Below are positions 24,060 through 37,790 of a stretch of 64,000 bases of DNA, one piece after another. The notes beneath the pieces are model-generated. The model was not told where the DNA came from. It ran no database searches and was given only the letters and a program-made list of their open reading frames with translations. Source of the stretch: Mustelus asterias (Eukaryota); assembly GCF_964213995.1 (NCBI RefSeq), contig NC_135818.1, positions 79,422,001-79,486,000 on the forward strand, in the 5' to 3' direction. Both the position numbers and the translations under genes were made by a program. Positions within the stretch are counted from its first letter, which is position 1; each line of letters opens with the position of its first letter.

Positions 24060-24430
24060 ATGTTGTAGTGGGAAGATCACTGGAGTAATAATCCAGAGGT
24101 CCAGGCTAGTGCTCTGAAGACATGGGTTCAAATCCCACCACAGCAGCTAGTTGAATTTAAAATCAGTTAATAAATTTGGAATATAAAACTGGTCTCCATA
24201 ATGGTGACCATAATGACTATTGCTGTTTGTGGTTAAAAACCCACCTGGTTCACTAATGTCCTTTAGGGAATGCATTTGCCCTCCTTACCTGGTCTGGCAT
24301 ACATGTGACTCCTGATTCACTGCATTGTAACTAACTCTGAAATAGGCTAGCCAGCCATTCAGCTCAAAGGCAATTAGTAATGGGCACAAAATCCTGGTCT
24401 TGCTAGTGATGCCCACATTCCATTAAAGAA
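24060..24430 (+). mobile_element. Deu-type SINE (related copies ~11090-11310, 25145-25485, 33865-34190, 47670-48010, and 51850-52070 on minus)
   Basis: gggttcaaatcccaccacagcag...ccttacctggtctggc...ggcaattag core recurs in all copies. Confidence 0.65.
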
Positions 24431-24754
24431 TAACAAAAAAGCTTTGAGGTTCTGCAGGAGCTTTCCCACCAGAGAAGTTTACTTTTTATTGCTAAATTAC
24501 TGCATTTGTAAACAACTTTTAAAATAGATTCAAATATATAAAAGACATTTTCTTTCTCCTTGGCTCTGCTTGCCATCTCTCTGGCTTGTGCCTATGTGCT
24601 TCCTAACCCATCCACTTGCTGACTGTTCCACTCCACAACTCCTCCCCAAAACCATTACTGTGAACAAGGGCTCAGCTCGAGGTAGGAAGCAACCTACGGA
24701 GTGAGAGCTTTGTATATCTTCAATTTTCCACAAAATCAACTTTAATTTCCCAAA

Positions 24755-25032
24755 TTCAAAGTTTATTTATTAGTTTCACAAGAAGATTACATTCACACTG
24801 CAATGAAGTTACTGTGAAAATCCCTTAGTCACCATCCTCGGGTGTCTGTTCGGGTACACGGAGGGAGAATTTAGCATGGCCAAGACACCTAACCAGCGCA
24901 TCTTTTGGACTGTGGAAGGAAACCCACGCAGACAGGGGGAGAATGTGCAGACTCCACACAGACAGTGACCCAAGCTGAGAATCAAACCTGGGCCCCTGAC
25001 ACTGAGGCAGCAGTGCTAACCACTGTGTCACC
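24755..25032 (-). mobile_element. HE1-like SINE, copy-A-specific
   Basis: Absent at paralogous ~47550. Confidence 0.8.
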
Positions 25033-25485
25033 CTCTGCGTCTCCTGCAAAGGTTGCATTGCTTTTATTTAACCTTTACCGTATCCTTAAGTTGATTCTAT
25101 TTTCGTTCTTCCTGTGACGCACCTGTTTTGCCATTGCTACTGTTGGGGGAGATGGTGGCGTGGTAGTATTGTTACTGGATGAGTAATCCAGAGACCAGGG
25201 TAATGCTCTGAGGACTCGGGTTTCAATCCCACCACAGCAGATGTCTGTAATAAAAATCTTGAATTAAGTCTAATGTTGATCTTGAAACCATTGTCGATTG
25301 TTATTAAAACCCCATCCAGTTTGTTCATGTCTTTTAGGCAAGGAAATCTCATGCTTACCTGGTCTGGCCTATACATGACTCCAGACCCACAGCAATTTGG
25401 TTGACCCTTAAATGTCCTCTGAAATGGCTTAAGCTACTCAGTTCAAGGGCAATTAGGGAAGGACAACAAATATTGGTCCAGCCAC

Positions 25486-26589
25486 TGTTGCCTGCTCCAA
25501 ATGAATAAGAAAAAAGAGGCTCTGCCCCTTTTTGAAGATGTGAATTTTCAATTTCATGCGAGTGGAACTTTTGTGATTTGAACTGAGACAGAGCAAACTG
25601 TAAAAATGCATGAGGCCATATTCTAAAGTGGAGGTGAGAAACCAACAGATTGCACCCGGGAGTGTGAAGAGAGAGACATTTCCTACAAACCAGACACCAA
25701 TTAACACTCATGGAAGAGACATTACAAATGCAAAGTACTAGATCTTGAAACAATGGCTGGCACAGACAGGCATACCCCAGACCTCTGGGCATTTTAAGAT
25801 ATGATGTGGAGATGCCGGCGTTGGACTGGGGTAAACACAGTAAGAAGTTTAACAACACCAGGTTAAAGTCCAACAGGTTTATTTGGTAGCAAAAGCCACA
25901 CAAGCTTTCGAAGCTCTAAGCCCCTTCTTCAGGTGAGTGGGCTCACCCCACTCACCTGAAGAAGGGGCTTAGAGCTTCGAAAGCTTGTGTGGCTTTTGCT
26001 ACCAAATAAACCTGTTGGACTTTAACCTGGTGTTAAACTTCTTACCATTTTAAGATAACCAGTCACTAGAAAGCGATTGCAAGTGACACAGGTGGTTTCA
26101 AGAAAGCCTTTAGCAGATGAAACAAGCTCAGGCTCTAATTTCTGAGTGAATGTGTCGCCCAGTTTGGGAAGCCAATTCCACCAGGCACCCACCAGCAAAC
26201 CGAGATCTTGTAATAATTGCAAAATCTGACCCTTCAAGAAACCAGCTAACTTAAATCTGCTGCAGAGTTTATAATCTATGCCTTCCGGACAATCAAATAA
26301 CACATCCATACATTTTTACCACTCTTTATTGGACTCTGGCCCTAATGACTGCACGAGAGCTGAATGCTTGCTGTCAGGTCTTTATTTTTCTCTGTTTAAG
26401 GATTAGTAAATTTGCTCTTTGACTCAAAAACCTTGCCTGGCTCCTTAATTGCTCTCAGTTTAGATAGTTAAATACGTTCTAAGTTGGAAAAAGACATTCT
26501 TGTGAAAAATAAACTTAAAACCTTTTGTGACTAACTAAAGATATTGAATAGAGGGGAGCCAGTCCATCCTTCCTCACCTGGTCACAGCA
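25486..26589. mobile_element. Putative solo LTR (paralogue ~48019-48959)
   Basis: Ends TGTTG...(TAA/CAG)CA with flanks ccac/ctac. Directly follows a SINE tail. Confidence 0.35.
25802..26045. mobile_element. Penelope-like insertion with ~100-bp inverted repeat and 12-bp TSD
   Basis: Arms 25840-25941 and 25947-26045. TSD CATTTTAAGATA at 25790-25801 and 26046-26057. Confidence 0.8.
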
Positions 26590-28397
26590 CTACATTGTAG
26601 TTATCTAAAGCTGTAGCTTAGCATTCAAATATTTTCCCACGTGTGTAAGTGGGAATCCTATTAGATTAGTAAAAGTTTTAAACCATTCGACGTTAAGGCA
26701 CTGACAGAACTACTAGCGTTAAGTTAAATGACATTTTAAACTAGCTTATAAGCTGATAAGATAATAGTTTACACACGTGAATGCAGTAAGAGGTTTAAAC
26801 AAGTGATTGAGTTTAAGACACATATGCTGATATTTTGAATGTATTAATGTATTGTTTAAGACATATTCATTTTAGCCAACAGCAATTTGCTGCAAAGCAT
26901 CATGGTAAAAAGGCATTAGGGTAAGTCATATTCCAAGAGAATATTTAGACTTTGGGGATATGCAAGATTTATCAGTAAAATTTTGGATGGAGATAACATC
27001 GAGGACACTTGATTGAGTTTATTCACTACCCAGATAAGATGGATGCATGCCCAGAATCATGTGTTAGTCTGGTTTTGCAGTGACCTTAAGGAAACTCATG
27101 AGATTGTCCATTTGAACTTTGGGTTGGCAACTGAGGTTACTAGGCAACACAGGAAGTGGGATCAGCCAAGACAGGAGTTAGCTTCCAAATTCTACAGACT
27201 AAGCAATGACGTGTTTTTGGGACCATGCAAAGACCCAGGATAAAATTGGAGGAGATGGATGGACAGGCCATGGTGTATTGCTCGGAATACTGTGGCGAGT
27301 AACTCACCTCCTGACTTCCCAAAGCCTGTGCACCATCTACGAGGCACAAGCCAGAAGTGTGATGAAATACTCCCCACTTGCCTGGATGAGTGCAGCTCCA
27401 ACATCACTCAAGAAGCTCAACACCATCCAGGCCAAAGCAACCTGCTTGTTTGGCACCACATCCACTCCCTCCACCACCAACGCTCAGTAGCAGCAGTGCA
27501 TACCATCTACAAGATGCACTGCAGCAGTTTACCAAAGATCCTAAGATTTTTATTTTCCAAACCCACAATCACTTCCATCTAGAAGGACAAGGGCAGCAGA
27601 TACATGGGAACACCACCAGCTACAAGTTCCCTCCAAGCCACTCACCATCCTGACTTGGAAATAGCTCACCATTCCTTCTTAGTCGCTGGGTCGAATTCCT
27701 TCCCTAACGGCGTGGTGGGTCAAGCCACAGCATGTGGACTGCAGCGACTCAAGAAGGCAGCTCACCACCACCTTCTCAAGGGCAACTAGGGATGAGTAAT
27801 AAAGGCTGGTCAGCCAGCCACGCCCATGTCTCACAAATTAATAAAACAAAACCCTTGAGAACAGGAGTCAATCGGGTTTCACACACCCTCAATTCAGGGA
27901 GGAAATCGGTATAAACCTACCAAGCCCCACCAGCAGTTAAGCTTAACGTACCCCCGTAAATTTAATTCTAAATATCTCATCATTATAATTGCTCTGTTAG
28001 CTTGTACTTCATGTAGGTTACAGTTACAAACCATTCCACAAATTGGTCTGCTTGGTCCAGATTATTTCCCTTAATTAGGTCACTGGATCCAATGGTCAGT
28101 GCCTTAAGGGAATTTCACAGTAACTTCATTGCGGTGTTAATGTAAGCCTTGTGACTAATAAAAAAAATTTTAAACTTTGAAAAGTCTCCTAGGGACTCTC
28201 CAATCCTCCAAACATTACATTCTCCTGTCAAAATAAAGAGCATTTTGCTGTGTTCACGATGAAGACAGACTCTAATTACTGCCACAGCACAGTCGAGGGA
28301 ATTGCACCTTAAATGAACATTTAACTAATTTTGCTGTTACCTTGCTAGACTTGCCTAAGCCAGTCGAATAAACATGAGTGGCAAATTTGAGACAGCG

Positions 28398-28428
28398 TTA
28401 CCACCTTGTGGTGATAACTTGCACTGCA
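28398..28428 (-). promoter_or_regulatory. Candidate CTCF site with upstream motif (copy B)
   Basis: Identical to 5645-5675. Confidence 0.5.
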
Positions 28429-31389
28429 GCAATCAATTCCTTTTGAGTTTAGAGTTTTGGAAATGTTAATCAATTGTGTGCCTGGCACAAACAAACCCTC
28501 ATCACCATGCTGAAAAACTCATAATTGATGATTCAACTTACCCAATATGGAATGTGCAATCTTTCTCTTTCCCACTTATCAAAGTCCAGAACCTATCAGT
28601 GCAGATTCAAAGCTTAGGGATCTCCAAGTGTCCAAAGGGTATTGTTGAAACTTAACCAACTAAAATTACAACAGATCACTGTTATGCTTATTGTTGGTAG
28701 ATCAACTAAAACTAAGCTAATCATTAGCCTTATTGTCCTAAAGAGTTATCCAGAGCACAGTTGGAAGAATTGCAGTTCCCCCACTCCCTAACAAGTTCTG
28801 GTTCCATTAGTCAGCCAGGCCAGTTATTCCTAGTTCCCAGGAGTATTGTGGATCTACCTGGTTTCAGAATCAAGTAGCAACTCAATCACAGATTCCAAAT
28901 CAGGTAAGGCACCTTAGAGCCACCTCAACACAAAATCCTACTTACCTCCCCTGACAGGAGGATCTTCCTCTTCAGCAGTCACTCGCTAATGAGTTTGATT
29001 GTCCACCTAAGAAACTCCATGTAACTGGACATGGGTTCAGTGGGTCCTTGCGTGGCTGATGAGCCCGATCCTAGAATCACATCTATGACCACACACTTGG
29101 CAGATGTTTCCAGGTGGGTTTGATCATTGGACACTAGATTGCTGGTATTCCTTTCTCAGGCTCCTTTTCCAGGCCTCCTCTTGCCATCGGGTGTCATTGA
29201 AGAAGTGTCCCTTCAATCAGGAGGTTCCTCCAAGTAGACCTCTACTGAGCAAGGGTCCGCCAGGCAGTCAAGCCTTCAGGGTGTCTTTGAAGCGCTTCCT
29301 TTGTCCTCTTGTTCGGGAGCGTTCCGTGAGCTGGGCACAGAAGATTTGCTTTGACAGTCAGGACTGTGACATTCTAAGCACATGGCTAGCAATGGAGTTG
29401 GTTTTGGATGGCCGTGGCCTCGATCCTGGTGCTTTCAGCTCCTTCAAGGATCCTGATAATACACCTGTCCTCCCAGCTGATGAGGAGAATCTGTCTCAGA
29501 ATTAAATGTTTACATAAGGTAAGTAGTATATCCACCACTGTTGCTATAATCCCATGGTATAATCAATGCCAGCCGTAGTTCAGCAATAATACTGTCACCT
29601 CTGAGTTAGAAGCTTGCGGACTCAAGACCAAACCCAGAGACGTGAAAACATAGGCTCAGGTTTTTGCTCGCAAGTCATATAGCATGAGGAGGAGATTTTG
29701 CAGCACATCGCAAACTCCTCTGGAGAAACTGCCCCATATGAGACAATCTTCCTTCGGATGGTGGGGGCGGACACAAGCTGCAGTCAGGCTGCGACTCCCT
29801 GGATATGGATCGGAGGTGGTGACAGGGACAGGCAACTGCCAATGTAGCCTGTTTGAAAGGCCGCCTCAGTTCTGTAGGACTTCATCCCACTTGTTTACTT
29901 ATGTTTTAGGCCCGGTTGCCCTCACCTTCACACCCCCTCCCCATGCCAACTCATGCCTCCCCTGCCCCACCCACAATGGCCCCTCAGACCCTCCATATCA
30001 ATTGTTGATAATTTTTTTCTAAAGAATTGTTGTTGCTGCAAGCCTATAAAAGTGTAAAATCAACCAGAATTTAAAATATCAATAGCAGAAGTTATAAGCA
30101 CTTGATGCCTTTTTATCTCATGCAAATAAACATTAAGCCATTGATAAAAGAGATCACAGAACAAAAGCTTATTACCACATGGTAAAGCTGTCAATCTTCT
30201 CCTCACCTGCATCAGCAAGAAAGTTAATCCTTTTATGGGAGTCTGGATTTGCCAGGGAGTGCCGTCTTTATTTAGAATTGTGGCAATCGTATTCAGCAGC
30301 AGATTTCTGCAATTCAGTGCAGCTTCCTTTTAAGAGCAGAAGGTTGGTAGAGCCATGTACTCTCTATAACTCTGCATAACACCCTGATGAACATAAAGGC
30401 ACCCAGCAGTATAGCAGATGCTCAGCCCTACACTAAATCATGTCATTAAGGCGGCAGAATGAAATCTGTGTGTTGCCTATCTCTACTGGAATTGATGCAG
30501 ACAGCCCACGAATCACAACCCTTGCACCCGAATAACAGCGCAAACAAACTTTAAGCCTCATAGAAGCTTGCAGTCTTTTGATTTCCTTGAATTTAATCAG
30601 CTGCTAATCATTTCTCAATAAACTTGCAGTTTATCATGATTCTCATCATGATTCCTTCTAATATGAACACCATCACCGATTGAGGTGGAATGTATCTTCA
30701 GTCAATGTCTAGATTATTAAAGCTGCCCCAGAACAATGTCAACATAGTAATCTAATTTTGGGTTGCTACAACAGTTGTAAACTTTACAAGGATGGCTTTG
30801 ACAACTTAGGAAATCAAATAAACTGCTCAGTTCAATTACTGTCTTGTAATCATTCCCAGGGATCAATTATTCTCCGTATTATTATACCCTCATGTGAATG
30901 ATACATATTAACTCTGCAATGAAGGCAATACAAAAGCTTTATGCAAACTTCAATCAGTATCACCTTTAACTATTAGCTGTGTTCAATTTTACTGAGACTA
31001 CAAAACCGTTTAATAAAATATCTTCTTCATAACCCAATCACAGGTCATTTTTCTTTTGCCTCAAGTCTATGTTTGTCCAGTTTTTAATTTTCTAAACAAT
31101 CAGACAGTGCAAACTTTTCCCCATCTCCCACCCACCTCAATCCCATCCACATCCGAACAGAAACAATATCCCCCAAGAGACACGGCTGCCTGGACTGCTC
31201 TTCACCAGACACCCAAAAATAAATTCCAACTGTTTTAACAAAAATGCAAAAAATTCATGAACACACTTAAAGGTTTGGCTTCAATACCTTTGCACCACTC
31301 AATCCAGCCACCCCCAATTCCATCTCAACTAAATTCCCCAGTGCTACCATAATTCCCAGGACCCACCACCCGATACAGAATTGCAATAT

Positions 31390-32945
31390 ACACGTGAAAC
31401 TGTTCAGCTCGTTTATATGAAACAAAAAGAGAGACCTCACTAAAAATTGGTCAAGTTGCACCTTCTTAGTTCAAAGGGAGGAATAGGGGTGCCAAATATT
31501 ATGATCTATCAATTAGCCTCAGATCTTAGATTCATACAAGAGTGGGTAAGAGGGGACCTCACCTCCACTTGGCTTGATATTGAAGCTGTCCAGTCTGAGT
31601 ATTCTTTACAAGCTCTGTTGTTTCTTATGGATTTCAAGACTACCTGACAAATGTGAGATTCCAATAATGAGCAACGCTCAAGAGTGTAACACTCGAGCAT
31701 GGAGGACGGTCCGTAAGCGTATGGAAGATTTAATTTGACTTCCGCTCTCTTCTATTCAGGGTAAGGTTTCCCACCAAGACCAATGGACCATGGCTTTGGT
31801 AATTGGAAGGTTAGGGGCCTCATTCATATGGGTGATGTGTTTAGTGGCACCTCCTTGTTATCTTTTGAGCAACTGTGTCAACAATATGATATCCCAAGAT
31901 CCTCTTTTTTCAGATATTTACAATTTAGAGACTTTATTCTTAATCACAAATCTCTGCACCTTGATGCTAATGACTCATCAATAGAAAGAATCCTGATATC
32001 TATGGAACCAAAGCAATTAATCAGCAAATTTTATGACACATTACGTTCAAGATACTGTGTGAATAAGTTAGACACTCTGCAATCTTGGGAGTGTATGAAT
32101 ATTGACTCAGAGACCTGAGACAGTGTCTGGGAAAATGCCAATGGAATCTGAGTCTGTAATAGAATGAAGGAGACCAAACTTAAAATATTATATATATTAC
32201 AGCATATTACACCAAGCTGAAGGCATAGGATAGGTCCTGCTATATCCTCACTGTGCCAAAAATGCAAAATGATGAAAGGTGACTACACAGATTGTGTCTG
32301 GTCCTGTGTCAAAATTAAATCCTCCTGGTCGGGCATACTTAGAGCTTAAGAAGATATTTGATACGTCCTCAGAGTTTGATCCTTTGTATTTGATTCTGGG
32401 GCTCCCAGACAAAAAGATAATTGATGCCAATGAGAAAAGGCTGGGCAATATCCTAATATTTGCAGCACAGAAGAATATCCTTTGCTCCTGGATTAGCGAT
32501 AAGTGTCCTTCTGCACAGTATTGGCATTAAATTATTATGGAATGTATCCTAATGGAATTCCTAACCTGTATACTCCGATATGCATGAATGCGGATGCATT
32601 CGGGAACGTTTGAAGCCCTTAATTCAAATATACAGTTTCTATAACATCTGACTCCTACAAGGTTTTCTGTAGCCTATGTAGCACTGCCTCTAATATACTA
32701 TTCACGAGGGTGTGCGCCATTTCACCATGTTTCCCAGGCTTTATCTTCTTCTCCTCCATTCTGTTACTTGTCTTTTTTGTACATGTTGAAGTGCTGGATA
32801 TACTGAATATAGTGAACACACTGAACCAACTGTGTTGGTTCCCTCCTGTCTTTTTCTATATGGCAAAATGATCAACCAGTGTTTGAGGGTGTGTTGCATT
32901 ATTTATAAAAATGGAAAAACTCGAATAAAAATATAATTAAAACAT
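31390..32945 (+). mobile_element. Degenerate L1-clade LINE (copy B)
   Basis: Paralogue of 8640-10200. Confidence 0.8.
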
Positions 32946-33639
32946 ATACATGTGAAAGATCTTGCTTCAATACAATCGATAGTCTATCGGTGCACAAGTC
33001 AGATAATTCTCAGCTAATAAGATCAGTTCTTGAACGTATTAGTTATCTATTTGCTGATATTTTAGATATATCAACATCCACATTATACTGCACCTACCAA
33101 ACCAGTCTGGCTGAGTGAGGAGCCTCAATGCTTGCTCTTCACATTCCCCTCAAACCATGAACAAGCAAAGATCTCAATTCCATTTGGATGCACCATGCCT
33201 GAGCCTTAGTTGTACCTGTAACTCCTCGATTTACATCATGTTGTGCTATTGCCTATGAATGCAAATAGAGCAGTTTGTTATGGAAACCGAATAATCCTCA
33301 CAGTGCTGTTTTAACTAATGTTTGAATGAATCAATTTATTGGACCTTAGTCCTGCTGCTAACTTTACTTCAAATTAGAATTGAATGTTTGTGGTTGTCAT
33401 TCTCTATTTCTCAACACAAACACACATAGACAACACAGCAAGCAAGGAGAAAAGATAGCAGGAGACTTGTTGCTAAGGAACAACAGAGTCTTGGGCAGTT
33501 AAAACCAACAGCAACTATATTCTTCAAACAGTCTGTGATCTACCATCTGTATTTAAAATTGTCATTATTCAAACTATCAGATTATTCCAAGATTGCAGTA
33601 TTATAATTACACAGGATTTCCAATTGAAAACATACTTAC

Positions 33640-33723
33640 ATTCGTCTAGTCCTAACTGGTAAGCAAGATTCTGTAGTCCTCGTACCTTCTCCATTAATTT
33701 AGCAGTAGTAAGACTTCCCAACT
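33640..33723 (-). CDS. LIN52: LIN52 duplicate copy B exon 5 (N75K variant); copy B has no terminal exon of its own
   Basis: 84 nt, splice sites intact. AAC>AAA at 33698 and synonymous GGG>GGA at 33677 relative to copy A. Confidence 0.85.
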
Positions 33724-34673
33724 CTGATAACAAAGGTATTCAAAGGCATTTTATTAGGGCACATTATAGAAGTGATGTCAATCATACATCAGGTATGTTC
33801 AAAATGATGTGGGTGAAAATATAAATACACAACTTAGCAAATGGCCCAAAGCACAATTTTGCGGTGGGGGGGTTGGCCATAGTGGTGGCAATGTCACTGG
33901 ATCATTAATCCACAAGCCCAGGCTAATGCTCTAGGACACGAGTTCAAATTCCTCCATCTCAGCTGGTGGAATTTAAATTCAATTAATACATCTGGAATTG
34001 AAAATTAGTCTCCATAATGGTGACCATGAAACTATCAACTGGGTTTTCCTTTAACGTGCAGAAAATCTGCCTTCCTTACCTGCTGACCTTCATGTGACAC
34101 CACAGCCCTCTGAAACGGCCTTGTAAACCACTTGGTTAGGGAGAGGTAACAAATGCTGGCCTTGCCAGAGGCACCCACATACCATGAAAGAATAAATTAA
34201 CAAATAACTTCTGAAATTTGCATGACACGTTATTAAAATCTTTTTTTAAAACCATACAAAAATACTCAATTATTAATTTCCACCTGTTTTTTATTGTCTT
34301 TCAACATAAAACATTGAGGTTTTACAAAGCAGAAACAGACGTCGAAGTTCTGGCAAAATTAAGGCAAAACTGTTTGAACAGAAATGTTATGCAGGCTTTC
34401 AAAACAGGATTTGAGCCATTCATCAAACTTGAATATTTAATAAGAATTGAAAAATAATGGCTAGTTCCTCCACTATCACCTCTCTCATTTCTTTCCAGCT
34501 TTGTGTGCACGTGTGATGATATGTCCACATTTTATACTTCTGTGTTTATGTATATATTCTGTGTAAGTAAGGGTAAAAGCGTGTGTGTGTGTGTTCAGGG
34601 TTAGAGAAAGGAGAGGTTAAGAGATTATTGGGAGGCAGATTACCTATGGAATCTAAGGGATGAAAGCTTAAAC

Positions 34674-35630
34674 CGATTCTCCCAAAAGTACTGAATTGGC
34701 AGGAAAACTGTTCTCGATCGCGACAGTTCTGACAGTTCAGCTTCTCACCCGAATCTCCGCACTCTGTGCATAGCAGAGAGCCCAGTCGGGAATCTCATTA
34801 AAAACCCAGGGGGCGGGGCCTATTCACGCCAGAGTTTGACAGTTCTGGAGCTCTGCGCATGCACAGTGGCCCCAAACTGTCAAATTCCCGTTTGCTGGCC
34901 AGTCCAGGATCCCCACAGTGCTGCCCCTCCAGCACCCCCATGGCCCGCCGTTCGCAGCCACCACAGCAATTCCCGGGCCAGCCCTGACGCCCCCCCCATC
35001 CCCCCTGTCCCATCCCAGAGCGCCCTGATGCCCAGGCCTCACACCACCTCCCCCCCCCCCCCCCACAGTGGCGATTTCCTCCAGACCCCCCCTCCCCCAA
35101 ATCGCTGTCCTCCATTCCAGACCGATCCCAATGCAGAGTGGCAGCCCCACCCACAATAGGCCCCATCCCCTTGACAGTGCCCGATGGGCAGCCAAGGTGC
35201 CCCCTGGGCATGGGTTCTTTGCCCCTTGGGCAGTGCCAGGGGCACAGGCTGGCATTGCCAGGGGGCCCCACCTCATGACCCCCTGGGGGGCCCCGATTGT
35301 TCCCCCCCTTTCATTCCGGCGGGGTCTCCCGCATGTTCCCTGAACATGGGGAGCTAGTCTGAACCTCGCCGGAATGAAGTACTCCTGGCAGGATGGGAGA
35401 CTGGTCCCGATAATTAGCAAATATACACATATAAAATAGATTTAAAAACAGATTTAAATGACTTATCTGCCTTCCCGCCGGTTTCCAGCGTGGTCTGGCC
35501 GGCGACTGTTCGCTGGCTCTGGGAGATGCGCATGTGTTCCTGGCACATGCGCATATCCCCGTTCAAGGCCGCAGATACGCATCTCCCGGCCAGACCCGCC
35601 AGAAAAGTGGCGGATGGGAGAATCGTGGCC
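34674..35630. mobile_element. GC-rich non-autonomous TIR element, copy-B-specific
   Basis: Ends cgattctccc ... gggagaatcg(tggcc) are inverted. Absent at paralogous ~11780. Confidence 0.7.
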
Positions 35631-36446
35631 GTTATCTTTTTGCATTTGTAATAAGGACTTAAGGCTTCTCGCCGTTTTTTGCAAAGGTCAAGTGTAAGTT
35701 CCGAGTTGAGTTTTCATGGAGCGCTGTTGGATGCTGATGTGGATTTCGGAGTGACATGAAGGACAAGAAAGAAGACGGAGAAGTAGACAATCTTTGAGCT
35801 CTGCTGCTATTGGTGGATCTTCATGGTGGTTAAAGCCGCTGACTTGAACCCAACGGGTACAGCTCGACTCAATGTTTGAGCTACGGCTGCAGGAAGTGCC
35901 CGAACTCCAGGCCAAGGTGTGCTGAACACTGTCAGAGTGATGGTGAAGACGTCAGGAGAGGACTCGCCCCATGGACCGGATCTACTTCGTGAAGTGGGAG
36001 TTGTTTGCTGTGGATTTGAAGTTGCAGAAATCTTTTGCCTGAATATCTCCGCCATATCTTTCCCTTTCAAATTTCGATTGCCTTCATTAACTCAGTCATC
36101 TAACACTCACTTTAACTAAACTTTGCCTTTCCATTTGCTTTTATAGTATCTGTTACGTTTTTAAAATATTTTCTTTTCTAGCACTCAATCTTTTTCAGCT
36201 CCCTCCTACACTTCCTTATGTTCTTTGTGATTATATATAGTGTTCTTTGTCCTAATTTTGCCACATGCCTTCCTTGTAATGTGTTCTATATTCTAAAGTT
36301 CTGAAAGGTGTTAGATAAATGGAAGTCATTCCTTTTCATAGCTCCCACTTATAGCACCATACATTAGTACTCCGGGGCCCTGGTCCAATAAACTACCCGA
36401 GGTTGAATGGCAGTTCATTAATGCAGAGATTAAGCACAGTCAATAC

Positions 36447-36513
36447 CTTTAAGCATGTCAATATCATCCTTCTCAAGTTCTGCCATCCATTTGGGTGGAG
36501 AGCTGGTAATAGG
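36447..36513 (-). CDS. LIN52: LIN52 duplicate copy B exon 4
   Basis: 67 nt, identical to copy A, splice sites intact. Confidence 0.85.
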
Positions 36514-36769
36514 CTACAAAACAAAAATGGAAATTTGCCTTAATTTGTTAAAGTACCTCACAATTGATGCTTTATTAACTGAATTTTGCATTTTGCTTCT
36601 AGAAAAAGAGTTTGCGGGAGTGGGTGAATTAACACTGCACTTTCACTTTTGTGATTGATGCTACTCACTGGGATAGTTGGATAAGAACCATCTCACTGGA
36701 CATATCACTAGAAAAATCATAGAAGGAAAGGGGATGAAAGCTGCGTTAGCCTATTCAATATGAACTAAG

Positions 36770-37790
36770 GATTGATTAATGGATAGGGAGCAGACAATCA
36801 GCCTAAACTAATTTAGCAGGGCACCAGAAGGATCAGTGCTAAAGCCTCAGATACTTACAATCTATATCAATGGCTTAGATGAGGAGGCTGAGTAAAATGT
36901 ATCTAAGTTTGCAGATGACACAAAGTTAGGCAGGAAAGTAAGCTGTGAGGAGGATGCAAAGAGGCCTCCGAGGAACATAAACTGATTGAGTGGACAAGAG
37001 TGTGGAAGATGGAATATAAAGTAGAGAAATGTAAAGTTATCCATTTGGTAGGGAGGATAGAAAATTAGAATTATTGTTTTAAATGGTGAGAGACGAGTAA
37101 CAATTGGAATTCAGAAGGACCTGTGACCTCGTACACGAATCACAGAATGTTAACATGCACATAAGCAGGCAATCAGGAAGGAAAGAAATTCAGAAAGCAA
37201 ACAGTGTGTTAGATTTTAGTACAATGGGATCGCGGTAGGAGAGTAAATAAATATGGCTACAATTGGACAGGACATTGGTGAGACCACACCTAGAAACTCT
37301 GTACAGTTTTGTCTCCTTTCCTAAGAGGGATATATTTGCCTTAGAGTGGGTGCAATGAAGGTTCCTGAGATCATGAGGAAAAAATGAGTAGTCCCAGTCT
37401 TTATTTCATAGAGCTTAGAAGGATGAGAGGTGAGCTCATTGAAATATATACAATTATTGAGAGGCTTGACACAGTAGATGCTGGCAGGATGTTTACACAG
37501 AAATCTAGACCACGAGGCCACAGTCTCAGAATAAGGGGTTGACCACTTGGAACTAAGATGGGAAGAAATATCTTTACTTGTGAACCTTTTGGAATTTTCT
37601 GCCTGAATGCTCAAGTCACTTAGTATTTTCATGTCAGAGACCAATAGATCCTTTAGACACAAGAATCATTTAGGGGTATAGCTGGAGGGCTTAGCTGAGG
37701 TAGAAAATTAGCCATGACCTTACTGAATAGTGCAGCAGGCTTGAAGGATCAGGTGGCCTACTCCTGCTCCTATTTCTTATGTTCTTGTGG
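36770..37790 (+). mobile_element. Old CR1 remnant (copy B)
   Basis: Paralogue of 15620-16600 that retains the CR1 3' end. Confidence 0.7.

Larger units (their letters stand above)
5053..26645 (+). repeat. Tandem segmental duplication, copy A (~21.6 kb)
   Basis: Collinear homology with 27197-49015, from gactaa.caat.ac.t.tttttgggaccat to gcattcaaatattttccca.gtgtg. Confidence 0.92.

Noticed and set aside
25355-25903. 182/197-aa ORFs seemingly conserved in both copies (also 47813-48406)
   Set aside because: They span Penelope, putative LTR and SINE pieces. Similarity simply reflects the duplication.
34798-35420. Gly/Pro-rich ORFs of 107-198 aa
   Set aside because: They lie within a GC-rich TIR element and reflect low stop-codon frequency.
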